A stretch of 64,000 nucleotides of DNA. Source: Nemertoderma westbladi. Lineage: Eukaryota > Animalia > Xenacoelomorpha. The notes beneath the pieces are model-generated. The model made no database searches and was not told the DNA's origin. It was given only the letters and a program-made list of their open reading frames with translations. Shown in pieces: positions 62,911 through 64,000 of the stretch; position 1 is the first letter of the stretch, and each line of letters opens with the position of its first letter. The stretch is from assembly GCA_032718475.1 (NCBI GenBank), contig JAUCBJ010008084.1, positions 1 to 64,000 of the forward strand. The letters are read 5' to 3'. A program made the translations under genes and the position numbers.

Positions 62911-64000
62911 TTTTCAAAAATTTTAAAAATTTAATTATTTACAGGTAGGCCCTATTTAAAAAAAAATAAAGTATGGTTATCTTATCGTTCGCCAATCGCT
63001 CATAATCAATCATACTGCTGTACTGTTTTTTACAGTATAGATATAGGGATAGGCCTATACAGTATAATACATATAATATATTTTGTACGCGCTTTTATAG
63101 ACCGTCAGCAGTTTAACCTGCCGAAATTTATATGTCTTTATTGATAATCTGCCTTTTTTAAGATGATAAGATTTAATACAAAACAAACCAAAAACATTAG
63201 CCGAAGCCAGTCCATGCGCGTCCAAATGACCCGTTTATAACACCGGGAGACTGGATTCGTGGGCTTAAATTTATTTGCGGTCAAGCCTACTGTATTATTC
63301 GATTGATTACTAATAGATAATCTCTGACAAATATTATTCACTTTCGGGAAATATTAGCAGTTCCTTTTAGGACGTGGCGCTCTACCTATGTAAACAGAGT
63401 TATGACTGATACTACACACAACGATATGGCTTAAATTTCAAGCATAGGGCGCATTCTTTAGGAATGCTTTATTATCAGATCCAATCACTTTACAATCACG
63501 CACGCTACCGGTAACGCACAACACTGCTCACTGATATGCCGACAGTTACTGACTTTGATCAGGTATAAAGAGATATGCACTGGACTCAGGTAGTGTCTGT
63601 CAAACAACATTAGATTCACTACAAACACAATAATAAAGTCGCAATTATTGTACATAACCCTTCTCTCTAACCTGTAGTGTATCAAGGATATTGGGAAAAT
63701 TGTGGGTTGATTATTGATATTCTTCAACTAATAACATCCAATTATACTGATACAAAATTACAAACAGTAAAAGCAGTATGACGGTAGGTTAAGATATAAT
63801 TAGATTGCATTGAATCGTTTGTTTGATTGAATTGGGAAGATAATAGCTATGCTTTCTATAATTTAGCCTACTAATGTTCTTATAAAAGGCAGAAAACATT
63901 TCGCTATTTCAACACGGTCTTAAAACACTGATAATAAAGTCTCAAAATCATAACAAAAAGTCCCGTGACTTTAGCTCTCTTATTTTCCAAGAATCCCGTT

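Overview
This is repeat-rich animal (probably invertebrate) genomic DNA with no recognisable host gene. An 84-bp satellite array (~2352-47755, about 200 monomers) is interrupted by two full-length but highly divergent BEL/Pao LTR retrotransposons, both on the + strand with 5-bp TSDs: element 1 at 2522-17266 and element 2 at 26048-39981. Both share an unusual architecture. (i) After gag-pol there is a third gene, homologous between them, encoding a DEDDy/RNase D-type 3'-5' exonuclease, a linker, three CCHC zinc knuckles and a conserved C-terminal domain. (ii) There is no tRNA-type (TGG) primer-binding site; the sequence right after the 5' LTR is instead complementary to a segment inside the element's own LTR, a self-priming signature. 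(iii) A stem-loop directly abuts a G7 polypurine tract. (iv) Repeated, probably structured, motifs lie between pol and the third gene. The flanks hold LINE fragments (RTE-like, CR1), a tRNA-derived SINE, several non-autonomous DNA transposons (piggyBac-like, hAT-like, a CAGTCGG/5-bp-TSD family), a G-rich minisatellite and a diverged 52-bp tandem repeat. All calls come from reading motifs by eye; no database searches were run.
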